Positions 38,590-49,087 of a stretch of 64,000 bases of DNA are shown piece by piece (the stretch's first letter is position 1; every line of letters begins with the position of its first letter). Origin of the DNA: Candidatus Poribacteria bacterium. Its GTDB lineage: Bacteria; Poribacteria; WGA-4E; WGA-3G. The notes under the pieces were generated by a model that was given only the letters and a program-made list of their open reading frames with translations, was not told the DNA's origin and did no database searches. The translations under genes and the position numbers were made by a program. The DNA is taken from assembly GCA_022824265.1 (NCBI GenBank), contig JAJEAG010000024.1, positions 27,521 through 91,520 on the forward strand, in the 5' to 3' direction.

Positions 38590-38948
38590 TGGCAAAGTTG
38601 ATGATTAGCATTACGCACGCAAAAGATAATACCGATAAAGCCACGGTGGGATTTGTTGTTGCGAATGCTTCTGTTGCGTCAGGTGTTGAAACTGTTATAT
38701 TTCTTAGTACTGAAGGTGTACACCTTTCACAAAACGGTTATGCAAATGATATACATGAGGATGGGTTTGCTCCACTTAAGCAACTTATAGATGATTTTGT
38801 TGAGATCGGAGGAACAATCTGGGTATGTTCACCATGTTTCAAAAAGCGAAATCTTGATGCAGATAATTTGGTAGATGAGGCACTGATTGTTGGGGGTGCA
38901 AAAGCAGTTGAGTTTTTAACTACAGGTGCATCCTGCATTACCTATTGA
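38589..38948 (+). CDS. DsrE/DsrF (YchN)-like protein
   Basis: KATVGFVVANAS...TIWVCSPC is the DsrE-like fold signature. ATGG overlaps the upstream stop. Confidence 0.55.
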   Translation: MAKLMISITHAKDNTDKATVGFVVANASVASGVETVIFLSTEGVHLSQNGYANDIHEDGFAPLKQLIDDFVEIGGTIWVCSPCFKKRNLDADNLVDEALIVGGAKAVEFLTTGASCITY

Positions 38949-39265
38949 AATCAGACACAGGAATTTCTGCGTTCAGTAGCAGTATTTTCCTTTTGGAATC
39001 AGTTGAATTCCTCACTGAAAAAGATTCTCACTCTGGATACACAAAGGTATTACCAAAAATTCATGATATAAATCAGATATTTTACAGATTGTTTCCACGA
39101 GTGGGATTCTTACTAAAACACAAAACTAACACCTCAAAATCCACTAAAGTACCCACCAAAAAATACAATTTTCACATAAAATAACTTACAATTAAATATT
39201 GTCAATATCACTAATCTCTGCTCTGGAAAACATACACATTAAAGAAATTCGGTATAGGAATAACA

Positions 39266-40006
39266 ATGCGAGAAGAAGATTTACAAGCTCCAAACTCACT
39301 TCATACACCACATATATGTGAAGGTGGAAACCTTGATTGTGGTTCAGGTTTACTTCTGCTTATTCGAAAATCAATGGAAGAAGTTCCAGATGGAGAAGTC
39401 CTTGAGATACGGAGTACAGAAATAAGTGTTAAAGAAGATTTGCCTGCGTGGTGTCGTATGACAGAAAACCCATATCTCGGATGGCGACCAACAGATGAAC
39501 ATAATAAATACTTTGTTCGACGAGGAGAAGCAGAACAGGATGCTGATGCTGCCTACGAGCAAGCACGTGATTACCGATGGCAGACGCGAATCCATTGGGA
39601 TGGTGGCTTACAAGCAAAGGTATTTTGTAGAAATCATTCATGGATGGTAGGTCAACCCGCAAGTTTTGATGTACGTGATGCTGCTCCCAGTGCTGTAGAA
39701 TATGTACTCGGGGCATTAGGCGCGTGTTTAGCAATGGGATTTCAGATACGTGCATCCCAGCAGAAAATAGTGATTGATGAATTAGAAATCTCTCTAAGTG
39801 GAAAAATAGATAATATTTTTGTCTTTCTCGGCACAGAACAGGATGGTCATAGTGGTTTTAATGAGATAAGCGGTACTATCTATGTTGCATCAGATGCAGA
39901 TGACGAAGTATTGGAACAACTTTGGGATGAAACCCTTGCTGCTTCGCCTGTAACTAATACGATGATCCGTGATGTTGATATTGATGTTGACTTGCGTGTT
40001 ATTTAA
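39266..40006 (+). CDS. TusA-like / OsmC-like fusion protein
   Basis: N-terminal LDCGSGLLLLIRKSM (TusA-like). C-terminal EYVLGALGACLAMGF plus ...ASPVTNTMIRD (OsmC/Ohr fold). Confidence 0.5.
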   Translation: MREEDLQAPNSLHTPHICEGGNLDCGSGLLLLIRKSMEEVPDGEVLEIRSTEISVKEDLPAWCRMTENPYLGWRPTDEHNKYFVRRGEAEQDADAAYEQARDYRWQTRIHWDGGLQAKVFCRNHSWMVGQPASFDVRDAAPSAVEYVLGALGACLAMGFQIRASQQKIVIDELEISLSGKIDNIFVFLGTEQDGHSGFNEISGTIYVASDADDEVLEQLWDETLAASPVTNTMIRDVDIDVDLRVI

Positions 40007-40038
40007 AATGCCAAAAAACAAAATAAGGAGAATTGACG

Positions 40039-40290
40039 GTGAAACATCCAAAATGGACTGAAGCCGATTCCGACAAAGCACAACAGATCTGGTCAGAATA
40101 TCAAAAGCAACATAATCTCACAGACCGTATAGGGCAGACAGTTGGAATCGATCCGAAAAGTAGCTGCATTTGGTTCGGAGATTCAATTCAAGCGATAGTC
40201 CAACAAAGAGATAGTGAAGGCTTGGATTCTCCACTTTTCTTTCAGCGAATTGGTGAAAAAACCTATTTCCGTAAAGGAGGACGCAAGTGA
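40039..40290 (+). CDS. Small protein partner of the retropepsin-like protease
   Basis: AAGGAG RBS then GTG. ATGA overlap with the downstream gene. Confidence 0.4.
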   Translation: MKHPKWTEADSDKAQQIWSEYQKQHNLTDRIGQTVGIDPKSSCIWFGDSIQAIVQQRDSEGLDSPLFFQRIGEKTYFRKGGRK

Positions 40291-40643
40291 TTCACGGCAT
40301 AGTCACAGAGGACGGTGTGCCGACTATCACACTACAAATTGATAAACAAGATTGGCAGGCTACTATAGATACAGGCTTCAACGGATATTTGGAATTACCT
40401 GAAGTGCTACAGAATTCTTTGAATACTCGTTATGTTGGAAAGGTTACATCTGCCCTTGCTGGAGGACAGATGATTGAAGAAGACGTATATTTGATCAATT
40501 TTCCTTTTGATCGTAGCATCATTCAATCAGAAGTTACCTTTGTTGCGGATGCTCAAATTCTTATTGGGACACGGCTATTGCAGGGATATCGTTTACTGAT
40601 CAATTTCGTAAGAAAAACTGTTGAATTGGAAAAAATTGGTTAA
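40287..40643 (+). CDS. Retropepsin-like (clan AA) aspartic protease
   Basis: ATIDTGFNGYLELP is the D-T/S-G active-site motif of single-domain bacterial retropepsin-like proteins. Confidence 0.6.
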   Translation: MIHGIVTEDGVPTITLQIDKQDWQATIDTGFNGYLELPEVLQNSLNTRYVGKVTSALAGGQMIEEDVYLINFPFDRSIIQSEVTFVADAQILIGTRLLQGYRLLINFVRKTVELEKIG

Positions 40644-40722
40644 GTGTAGTTTATTTCTAGTCAGTTTACGGTACATCATCTGTTAAATCAGATTGAGAAT
40701 GGATAATTGTAAAAACTATGGT

Positions 40723-40791
40723 AGGAAACACTTGCTGTCTCTTCTGTGACCAATACGATGAATCATGATGTTGACCTAAGAGTGATATAAT
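40723..40791 (+). pseudogene. Remnant of the 3' end of an OsmC-like paralog (22 codons)
   Basis: ETLAVSSVTNTMNHDVDLRVI* versus the C-terminus of 39266..40006, ETLAASPVTNTMIRDVDIDVDLRVI*. Confidence 0.5.
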
Positions 40792-41220
40792 TTCAGGATT
40801 GTATATGGAGGAACAATCTTACATTATCTTAAGTTCCCTTGAAAACTACAAATGCATGTAGGATGTTAACATGACCACTCTACAAACTAATATTGACATA
40901 AGCGTCAACCTCAACATCACTCCTGACGAACTATTCTCTTTCTACGAACGAAACAACATCTGCGAAGTTGGGTTTGGTAAGGAAGTGGCAGCACGTATTT
41001 TGGAATGTCACACCTCATCGTTGCTGCTAATGATGAGTCAGTACTGGTTACACTTGCTCGTGACACGTTTGACGGTCTTTCTACTCACATCACGGAGTTT
41101 TCCATTTTCATTGGTTTCACAGAAAATGAAGGACATTTGGTCTATTACATTGACAGACGACTATATATAGATGAGTCCTAAATAGGATTGAGAATATCAT
41201 AAAGTAAGGAGAACAGAACA

Positions 41221-42387
41221 ATGAACAATTTACCCCAATTCCCAGTCACTGTTGTTGGCAGCATGCCACGATCAAGAGAGGTATCACGGGCATTACGGAA
41301 CAGACAGAAAGGACGTATCTCGGATACCGAATTCAATCAAATTGCAGATAAGGCAGTAATTGAAAGTCTAAAGATGCAAGAAGAAAACGGTGTAGATATT
41401 GTCAGTGACGGTGAACAACGACGCGACAACTTTTATTCTTTCATCACCGAATGCATCGACGGAATTCGTTTGATGACGTTGGCTGAAATGCTTGATTATG
41501 TTGAGGATAAAGCAGCTTTTGAACAATTACTCAATGCCCTTGATGTTCCAGCCTTTGCATTGAAAAACCCGGTTGTAGATGGAAAACTAAGTCGCACAAA
41601 ACCACTTGTGTTACAAGATTACTTATTTCTAAAGAATCATACCACAAATCCAATCAAAGTTACTCTTCCCGGTCCCTATCTATTGACACGATCAATGTGG
41701 GTAAAAAAACTATCTTATGAATACTATCCAGATAAGGAATCTTTAGGTAACGATGTAGTTTCAATTCTCCGTCAAGAATTGGATGAATTGAAAGCTGCAG
41801 GATGTGATTTTGTTCAATTTGATGAACCTGTACTGACAGAAGTAGCTTTTACTGGACCACACGAAACCCATACATTTATGTGTGCAGCACTATCCGAAAA
41901 GAGCAGTCCAGAAGAGGAACTTAATTTCGCTGTGGAACTCATGAATCGCGTCGTTGAAGGTATAGATGATAAAATGAAAACTGCATTACATGTATGTCGA
42001 GGTAACTGGAGTCAACAAGAAGATGTCCTACTTCGCGGTTCTTATGATTTACTGATACCATATTTTAGTCAGATGAACGTACATCAGTTTGTGTTAGAAT
42101 ACGCGACAGAACGAGCAGGTAGTATTGACGTACTTGGTGAACTTCCTTCGGACAAAGAGATAGGACTTGGTGTTGTTGATCCACGCACTACTGAGGTGGA
42201 ATCTGTTGATTTCGTACTATCTAAGGTTAGAACACTATTAAAACATCGAAATCCAGAACAAATTTATCTGAACCCAGATTGCGGATTTGGAACATTCGCT
42301 GACCGTCCTGTCAATACAACTGAAATTGCAGCTCAAAAACTTCAGGTTATTCATAAAGCTGCTGAGATTTTACGATCAGAATCATAG
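41221..42387 (+). CDS. Cobalamin-independent methionine synthase (MetE) C-terminal-domain family methyltransferase
   Basis: VVGSMPRS (IGSFPR-like), LHVCRGN and NPDCGFG zinc-ligand motifs. Confidence 0.6.
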   Translation: MNNLPQFPVTVVGSMPRSREVSRALRNRQKGRISDTEFNQIADKAVIESLKMQEENGVDIVSDGEQRRDNFYSFITECIDGIRLMTLAEMLDYVEDKAAFEQLLNALDVPAFALKNPVVDGKLSRTKPLVLQDYLFLKNHTTNPIKVTLPGPYLLTRSMWVKKLSYEYYPDKESLGNDVVSILRQELDELKAAGCDFVQFDEPVLTEVAFTGPHETHTFMCAALSEKSSPEEELNFAVELMNRVVEGIDDKMKTALHVCRGNWSQQEDVLLRGSYDLLIPYFSQMNVHQFVLEYATERAGSIDVLGELPSDKEIGLGVVDPRTTEVESVDFVLSKVRTLLKHRNPEQIYLNPDCGFGTFADRPVNTTEIAAQKLQVIHKAAEILRSES

Positions 42388-42543
42388 TTATTCCGTTAGA
42401 TTTTATATCTTTTTCTACTGTTGTTTCTCTATACAGTTGTATGTGATATTGTGATATTGTCCTTGCTTGTATTTACTTTGTGTATATGATATAATTCCGT
42501 CAAATTAGAGTACAATCTGATATAACAAACATAAAGTGAAGGA

Positions 42544-43641
42544 GTGAAGAACTTGATTCATCTATATGGAGAAGAATATGATAGGATGCAACTACTTCGC
42601 CACTTGGGAGACATATCGCAAGTAGCGGAAGCCAAGGTTTACCAACTGAATGATGGAAATGAAAAAGGAACTGATGCAATTGGTTTCCGAACAGGTTCAG
42701 GATTGAATTTTACAGTACTTCCAAACCGTGGATTGGATATCTCTTATGCAGATTTTAAGGGAATTCCATTATGCTGGCGTTCTAGTACAGGAGATGTCTC
42801 AGCAAATCATTATGAACCGCAAGGACTTGGGTGGCTACGCGGTTTTTATGGAGGTTTGCTTACAACTTGTGGGATGACACAAGCAGGTGCACCGAATACT
42901 GATGAAGAGGTAGACCTTGGTCTCCACGGAAGAGTTTCGAATATACCTGCAAAAAATGTATGGGTTGATAGTCGCTGGGAAGGAAATCGTTATATACTAT
43001 GGGCACAAGGTAAAGTATATGAAACTTCCGCCTTGGGAGAAAATCTGTGCCGCACGCGACGCATTTGGACGGAATTAGGATCCAATAAACTACATATTGA
43101 AGACATCGTTGAAAATCTTGGCTATCAAGATTGTCCACATATGTATCTATTTCACATAAATGTTGGATTTCCAATTCTTGCAGACAGGAGTGAACTAATT
43201 GCACCTTCTTCTCAAGTAACACCACGTGACGAACATGCCAAAGAAAATCTTACAAATTATAATATAGGTGAACCATCCACAGTTGATTTCAAAGAGCAAG
43301 TTTATTATCACGAAATGAAACCTGATGTTGACAACCACATCCGTGTAGCTTTAGTAAATCGAGGATTCAATAAAGGGCAAGGGATTGGAATTGCAGTCAG
43401 ATACCATAAAACACAATTCCCGCATTTTGTTCAATGGAAATTGTGTGGACAAGGTTCGTATGTTATGGGTTTAGAACCTGCAAACTGTCGTGTAGATGGA
43501 AGAGCATCTGAGCGTGAAAGGGGCACATTACAACATATTGAACCCGGTGGACGACGACATTATGAAGTCGAAATCAGTGTTTTAACTTCCAATGATGAGA
43601 TCAACACACTTGAAACGAAAATCAAAGAAAATCAGAAATAA
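42544..43641 (+). CDS. Hypothetical protein, possibly DUF4432 / aldose-1-epimerase-like
   Basis: Weak resemblance only. Long conserved-looking ORF. Confidence 0.3.
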   Translation: MKNLIHLYGEEYDRMQLLRHLGDISQVAEAKVYQLNDGNEKGTDAIGFRTGSGLNFTVLPNRGLDISYADFKGIPLCWRSSTGDVSANHYEPQGLGWLRGFYGGLLTTCGMTQAGAPNTDEEVDLGLHGRVSNIPAKNVWVDSRWEGNRYILWAQGKVYETSALGENLCRTRRIWTELGSNKLHIEDIVENLGYQDCPHMYLFHINVGFPILADRSELIAPSSQVTPRDEHAKENLTNYNIGEPSTVDFKEQVYYHEMKPDVDNHIRVALVNRGFNKGQGIGIAVRYHKTQFPHFVQWKLCGQGSYVMGLEPANCRVDGRASERERGTLQHIEPGGRRHYEVEISVLTSNDEINTLETKIKENQK

Positions 43642-43692
43642 TTATCCATTCTACGGAATGTTTAGCAAATCACTTTTTCAAGGAGAAAGTTA

Positions 43693-45600
43693 ATGAGTAA
43701 ACATTGGACTCATCCACTAAAGATTGTCACTATTTTGACAATTATTCTATTTGCATCTCTTTTTGTTTTTCAAACCATATATGCAGATCAACATGAAAGT
43801 ACGCCTGCGGATACAGACATTAAGAAATCTGATGTTGCACCGCTCAACATACCAAATGATAGCGTTCTGAACTTACTTCCTAATTCTACATTGGCAGTTA
43901 TCTATTGTCCGAGTTTATTGGATTTGGATGATAGGATAAATTTACTGATGAGTAACCTTGTTCCACAAGGTGGAATGGGAGAAGAATATCTTGCCCAAAT
44001 ATTAGCAGGTGCTTTTGAAGTAGGATTTGAAAGTTTAGCCGAATTAGAAGACATTGGTTTGGATTTAAATGCTGATTTTGCAGTATTTTTAACAAGTATA
44101 GATCCACCGAGTCTTTCCGCTGCAGTCCATCTTACGGATCCAGAAGCGATCAAACAAGTAATTGATGCAGAAGCGGAAGGCAGTGAACCTACAATATATA
44201 ACGGTATAACATACTGGAATTCTGCTGAAGGAAGTGGAAGTTTTGCTATAATTGAGGATACGCTCATTTTCTCACAACAACCTGAAGTATGCGAAAATGT
44301 AATAGATATAAAAGCTGGATCTCATCAATCTATTGTAGGCAACCAAGATTTTCATGCATATCTTTCCAACATAATTGAAGGAATAGATCAAATTTCAGCA
44401 TTTATTAACCTTGAAGCTGTTATAGATCCCTTTAGTGATACAATAAAAGAGGAATTACAGTCAACTATTGACAGTATTCAAAGTGATCCTTCATCAATGA
44501 CAGCAGTTCCATTTGTAGAAGGTATGTTTAGTAAAGTAGTGGAATTTTTAGATGAGTTAAAGTCATTTAGTCTATCTATCAAAATAGATGGAACAGATGT
44601 GCAACTTAGGCAATTCCTGAAGTTTACAGATGATGGAAAGATACACGAAGCATTGGAAAAAATGATGCCAGACGATTTGGTACTTCTCAATGATTTACCA
44701 AATAATTCATTTTTAAGTGGAGGCATGAAAGCAAATCAGCAGTTGATGTTTGAATGGAGTATATACTGGTTAAATGCTTTCACATCAGATGAATCTGGTG
44801 TAAGTGTAGAAATTAATGAAAAGGACACAGAAACTATATTCCAAGGAATGAAGGATTTTTACGATTCTCTGGGTGATGAGCTGAGTCTTTCTGTTACTTT
44901 TAATGAAACCTTTGTTCCTGATTATCTTATCATCTATGAATTAAAAGATGAACAGAAAGTGAAGAAATACATGGAAGAACAGTTTTTGGATCAAATGCAA
45001 AATTCTCTTAAGATATTGCGAGATTCAATGGGAGACGTACCCCAGTTTCGTATGTATGATGGCGCACAGGTTGGCAACCCAATTATGCATAACGATGTTG
45101 AGATAAAGACATTTCTCTTACCAAATTTCGGTGCTGCATTTGCTGATACCCCTCCTGATTTAGCAATGTTTCTTCCAGATGAATGGAGTATCTCTTATAC
45201 TATTTCAGATGGATTACTCTACTTAGGATTTGGCGGTGCACAACAGATTCAAGCAACACTTGACAGTAAAGCAAAGATTACTGAGAGTATTGCAGAGAAC
45301 GTAAGTTATCAAAATTTGATTACGAAGTTGGGTACAGACAATAACCTTCTAATCGGCATTTCTCCTTTGACAATTGCCAAAAGTATAATGAATATAGTGT
45401 CCAAGGCTGAACCGGAAGCTGCTGCAGAAATGCAAATGATGGTGAATTTACTCGCGGGCATCCCCGAAAATTATAGTATCGGCATTTCAGGTAAAGTACA
45501 GGATGGTGGCATTGACGGAAAACTACTCATTACTCTTGGTGACTTTAAACAGTTAATCGCAACTTTTGCTATGTTAGCTGGTATGGGACCGATGCAATAG
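43693..45600 (+). CDS. Secreted hypothetical protein (635 aa)
   Basis: N-terminal signal or anchor ILTIILFASLFVFQTIYA. No recognised motif. Confidence 0.4.
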   Translation: MSKHWTHPLKIVTILTIILFASLFVFQTIYADQHESTPADTDIKKSDVAPLNIPNDSVLNLLPNSTLAVIYCPSLLDLDDRINLLMSNLVPQGGMGEEYLAQILAGAFEVGFESLAELEDIGLDLNADFAVFLTSIDPPSLSAAVHLTDPEAIKQVIDAEAEGSEPTIYNGITYWNSAEGSGSFAIIEDTLIFSQQPEVCENVIDIKAGSHQSIVGNQDFHAYLSNIIEGIDQISAFINLEAVIDPFSDTIKEELQSTIDSIQSDPSSMTAVPFVEGMFSKVVEFLDELKSFSLSIKIDGTDVQLRQFLKFTDDGKIHEALEKMMPDDLVLLNDLPNNSFLSGGMKANQQLMFEWSIYWLNAFTSDESGVSVEINEKDTETIFQGMKDFYDSLGDELSLSVTFNETFVPDYLIIYELKDEQKVKKYMEEQFLDQMQNSLKILRDSMGDVPQFRMYDGAQVGNPIMHNDVEIKTFLLPNFGAAFADTPPDLAMFLPDEWSISYTISDGLLYLGFGGAQQIQATLDSKAKITESIAENVSYQNLITKLGTDNNLLIGISPLTIAKSIMNIVSKAEPEAAAEMQMMVNLLAGIPENYSIGISGKVQDGGIDGKLLITLGDFKQLIATFAMLAGMGPMQ

Positions 45601-45612
45601 TTAGTTTCTTAC

Positions 45613-45642
45613 ACGCCCACATTGACATGTGGGCGTTTTTTT
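45613..45642 (+). terminator. Rho-independent terminator
   Basis: ACGCCCACAT-tgac-ATGTGGGCGT 10-bp stem, followed by TTTTTT. Confidence 0.75.
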
Positions 45643-45791
45643 ATTTAATTATGTTTTATTTATTAATCACCTATGGTAACATACTTGAAATATTATGCAA
45701 TAGTACTCGGTTAGGAGGGACCCGAATACTTTTGCCTTCATTTCTGTTTATACCCTTCTATATGGCTATTAACTACCTAAGGAGAGGTTTG

Positions 45792-47096
45792 ATGTACAAT
45801 CATACAAGATACTTTCAACATTTTAATTTCAATGGTTGGAGATATCAATATTTATTAGGTTGTGTTATCGCGCTATTGTTAATATTTACTCCATTAGCGA
45901 TCTCTGATACAACCGAAGAAGCAAATGAGGCTGAAGAAGTAAAGAAAAGTCCTATCAAGATTGGTGGGGCATTGCGTGTTAACTATGTCTACGGTTCTTA
46001 TGGGAATGAAGAAAATCCACATCCACGTGGTGAAGATATCGGTGATGCAGACCTTGAGATTTTTCGTTTGAATGCTGATCTTGATTATCAAAACATCATG
46101 GGTAGGATTGAATACCGATGGTATGATTCCTATAGTATGATACACACCGCATGGTTAGGATATAATTTAGAGGATTTAGGAACGGTTAAAATTGGTATTG
46201 TTCGTGCGCCATTTGGACCAACAGCTTATGGAGTTTCCACAAGTTGGTTTTTTGATCAGCATTTTTATGTTGGACTTGCTGACGATCCAGATGTTGGCAT
46301 AACATGGAATGGAACATTTGATAAATTGTCCCTTGATTTAGGTTTTTTCCTTATGAGTGAACCCCAAACCTTTGGTGGCAGTCTTAACAGTTCACGATAT
46401 GGCTATGATGTTGTCACTTGGGAAGAACATGCTGATGCAGAAGGAAACGTTGAATGGGGTGCTGAAGAAAACGGATATGATGAGCAGCTTCAATTTAACC
46501 TTCGCACAATTTATTCGCTTGCTGATGTCGCAGATGTGGGTGTATCACTTCAATACGGGATGCTGAAAGCGACAAATGTTGGTGACGATGAAAGCGGTAG
46601 TCATTACGCCCTTTCTGCACACATGAAGAACACCGTCGCAGACTTCACTCTTTATTCTCAATTTTCCTACTATGCACATAATATCGCAGAGGAAACACCA
46701 TGGGGTACAGGAGACTTGATTCCAATGGGGGCTTATGACTTTGCTTGGCCCATTGCCTCAGAAGGGTTAATACCTGCGTTATCACTACGGTATGGTGGTA
46801 TAAATACTGAAAGTATTTCATGGATTGACAGTGTTACACCTTATGTAGAGTGGAGCACTATCCTCAAAACGGTTGAAGATTACAATGCAAGTACCCTTGT
46901 GACAGTTGGTGCAAGCTGGACAATATTGAGTTCTTTGTATCTATATAGTGATGTTGGTATTACTGATGGCAACTTCTTTGTAGGAAACACTGATGATAAC
47001 TACAATAATATCCTTACAGGAGTGAATCACGTTGGTGCTAACGGTAATAACATCTGGCATTGGCGGGTTAATTTCAACTTCGGTTATTATTTCTAA
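45792..47096 (+). CDS. Putative outer-membrane beta-barrel protein
   Basis: AAGGAG RBS 9 nt before the ATG at 45792. Alternating hydrophobic pattern. C-terminus NFNFGYYF ends in an aromatic residue. Confidence 0.4.
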   Translation: MYNHTRYFQHFNFNGWRYQYLLGCVIALLLIFTPLAISDTTEEANEAEEVKKSPIKIGGALRVNYVYGSYGNEENPHPRGEDIGDADLEIFRLNADLDYQNIMGRIEYRWYDSYSMIHTAWLGYNLEDLGTVKIGIVRAPFGPTAYGVSTSWFFDQHFYVGLADDPDVGITWNGTFDKLSLDLGFFLMSEPQTFGGSLNSSRYGYDVVTWEEHADAEGNVEWGAEENGYDEQLQFNLRTIYSLADVADVGVSLQYGMLKATNVGDDESGSHYALSAHMKNTVADFTLYSQFSYYAHNIAEETPWGTGDLIPMGAYDFAWPIASEGLIPALSLRYGGINTESISWIDSVTPYVEWSTILKTVEDYNASTLVTVGASWTILSSLYLYSDVGITDGNFFVGNTDDNYNNILTGVNHVGANGNNIWHWRVNFNFGYYF

Positions 47097-47165
47097 TGGA
47101 TTACATCACACAATGTATGTAGACTTTGTTAGTACACACTTTCTCTAAAAAAGGAGAATCTTGAA

Positions 47166-48812
47166 ATGAACGAAGAAGGAAAACAACCCGCACAGATGCC
47201 ACATCAAATAGATGAAGGCAAGTATAAGAAACTATTCGGTTTAGATATTTACTTGACTCCTGTATTCGTAATTTCCAGTATTACAATTATTGTTTTTATT
47301 GCTGGTTCACTCATCTTTCGTGAGCAAGCGACAACACTTTTTGGTAATCTTAGAGTCTGGCTTACTACAAACCTCGATTGGTTGTTCATGGGGACTGCCA
47401 ACCTCGTCTTTCTCTTTTGTCTGTTTGTGGCACTCTCCCCACTGGGTAAGATTCGGTTAGGTGGATCTGATGCAAAACCTGAGTATTCATACTTAACCTG
47501 GCTCGCAATGCTTTTTGCTGCAGGCGTTGGTATTGGTCTTCTCTTCTTTGGTGTGTCGGAACCGGTTACCTATTTTCAGGGAGGTAGCTATTCACCGTTG
47601 GGAATAGAAACGGTTTACGACGCAACAACAGACTACAATGCTGAAAACGTGCCTGATATCGGAGATCCCGCAGTTAAAGCAGCGGCTTCATTGGGTATAG
47701 CAGCAACAGTCTTTCACTGGGGACTACAAGGATGGGCAATCTATGGAGTCGTAGGACTCGCCCTTGCATTTTATGCATACAACCGTGGATTACCTCTCCT
47801 CATCCGCTCTGCATTTTATCCCATATTCGGTGATAGGATATGGGGTTGGACTGGACATATCATTGATACATTTGCCATATTTGCTGGTATCTTTGGACTC
47901 GCAACATCCCTCGGTTTAGGAGTGCAACAGGTAACCTCTGGTCTTGACTATCTGTTTGGGATACCAGCGAACAGTGTCACGATGGTCCTTTTGATTGTAT
48001 TTATTACGTCTATTGCCCTTGTTTCCGTGATGACAGGGATTAATGTCGGTATCAAACGTCTCAGCCAATTCAACATAATACTCGCGTTTATACTGCTGTT
48101 AACTATTTTTATTCTCGGTCCAACAGGCTACATTTTTCGAAGTATGTTCGCTGGACTTGGAGCCTATGTCATGAAAATAGTGCCGCTTAGCAACTGGGTC
48201 GGACGTGAGGACACTGCATTCCTACACGATTGGACAACATTCTACTGGGCATGGTGGATTGCTTGGGCACCCTTCATTGGTACATTCATAGCTCGCATTT
48301 CAAAAGGACGCACAGTACGCGAGTTCGTCGTCTTTGTCTTGTTGCTACCGACGTTGCTATGTACGATCTGGTTTGGTGCCTTTGGTGGCACTGCTCTTCA
48401 CCAGTTTCTCACCACAGGTTTCACGGGTGTAACAGAAGAAGTTGAGACCTATAATTACCCACTTGCTCTGTTCAAAATGTTTGAAGGACTCCCGTGGGCA
48501 ACGCTGCTTTCTTGTGTCGCAATGACGTTGACTATTGTCTTTTTCGTTACCTCGTCAGATTCCGGTTCTTTGATTATTGACATCATCGCAGCTGGTGGTA
48601 AGGTTGATGCACCAATACCACAACGTGTGTTCTGGTGCACTGCAGAAGGCTTAGTTGCTATCGCATTGCTACTTGGTGGCGGATTGAAGGCTTTACAAGC
48701 CGCTTCACTTGTAACAGGTTTCCCTTTCGCAATTGTGTTGTTAGGGATGGGTGTATGTGTTTATATTGGTCTCCGCGATGAAAATCGCAAATTGCAATCT
48801 GAAAACGAGTAA
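47166..48812 (+). CDS. BCCT-family (betaine/carnitine/choline) transporter
   Basis: WTTFYWAWWIAWAPFIGTFIARIS BCCT signature. Twelve predicted TM segments. Confidence 0.8.
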   Translation: MNEEGKQPAQMPHQIDEGKYKKLFGLDIYLTPVFVISSITIIVFIAGSLIFREQATTLFGNLRVWLTTNLDWLFMGTANLVFLFCLFVALSPLGKIRLGGSDAKPEYSYLTWLAMLFAAGVGIGLLFFGVSEPVTYFQGGSYSPLGIETVYDATTDYNAENVPDIGDPAVKAAASLGIAATVFHWGLQGWAIYGVVGLALAFYAYNRGLPLLIRSAFYPIFGDRIWGWTGHIIDTFAIFAGIFGLATSLGLGVQQVTSGLDYLFGIPANSVTMVLLIVFITSIALVSVMTGINVGIKRLSQFNIILAFILLLTIFILGPTGYIFRSMFAGLGAYVMKIVPLSNWVGREDTAFLHDWTTFYWAWWIAWAPFIGTFIARISKGRTVREFVVFVLLLPTLLCTIWFGAFGGTALHQFLTTGFTGVTEEVETYNYPLALFKMFEGLPWATLLSCVAMTLTIVFFVTSSDSGSLIIDIIAAGGKVDAPIPQRVFWCTAEGLVAIALLLGGGLKALQAASLVTGFPFAIVLLGMGVCVYIGLRDENRKLQSENE

Positions 48813-49087
48813 TAATCTCTATTGATCACTTTAACATTTATGTGATGGATGAATATTCGTCCATCACATAAATTCTATCATTTATAGTGAAACATCAAGA
48901 TAAGTTACACTTTTTTAGAAGCGATCTCCGAATCGCTCCTAAACACACTGATTTTCGTGTATCGGAGTTCCCTCCTATAACCATTAGTATATAAATAATT
49001 CTAAAATTAACCATAAATGACTTTGTAGGTGTAAAATATGTAAACAGAAAGCAAGAAGTTACGAACTCAATTTACATATTGACTTGA

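Noticed and set aside
38945-39184. 79-aa ORF after the DsrE-like gene
   Set aside because: No RBS or motif. Region treated as intergenic upstream of the TusA/OsmC gene.
40871-41170. 99-aa ORF between the retropepsin gene and the metE-like gene
   Set aside because: No RBS. It lies in the intergenic region that contains the OsmC relic. The sequence is low-complexity and likely non-coding.
42544-43641. Confident functional call (aldose epimerase / DUF4432) for the 365-aa protein
   Set aside because: The similarity is only a vague impression without a diagnostic motif, so it is kept as hypothetical.
48841-48868. Hairpin TGTGATGGA-N10-TCCATCACA after the BCCT gene as an intrinsic terminator
   Set aside because: A good 9-bp stem, but it is not followed by a U-run. 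It may still act in the convergent BCCT/Avs intergenic region but cannot be called a canonical terminator.
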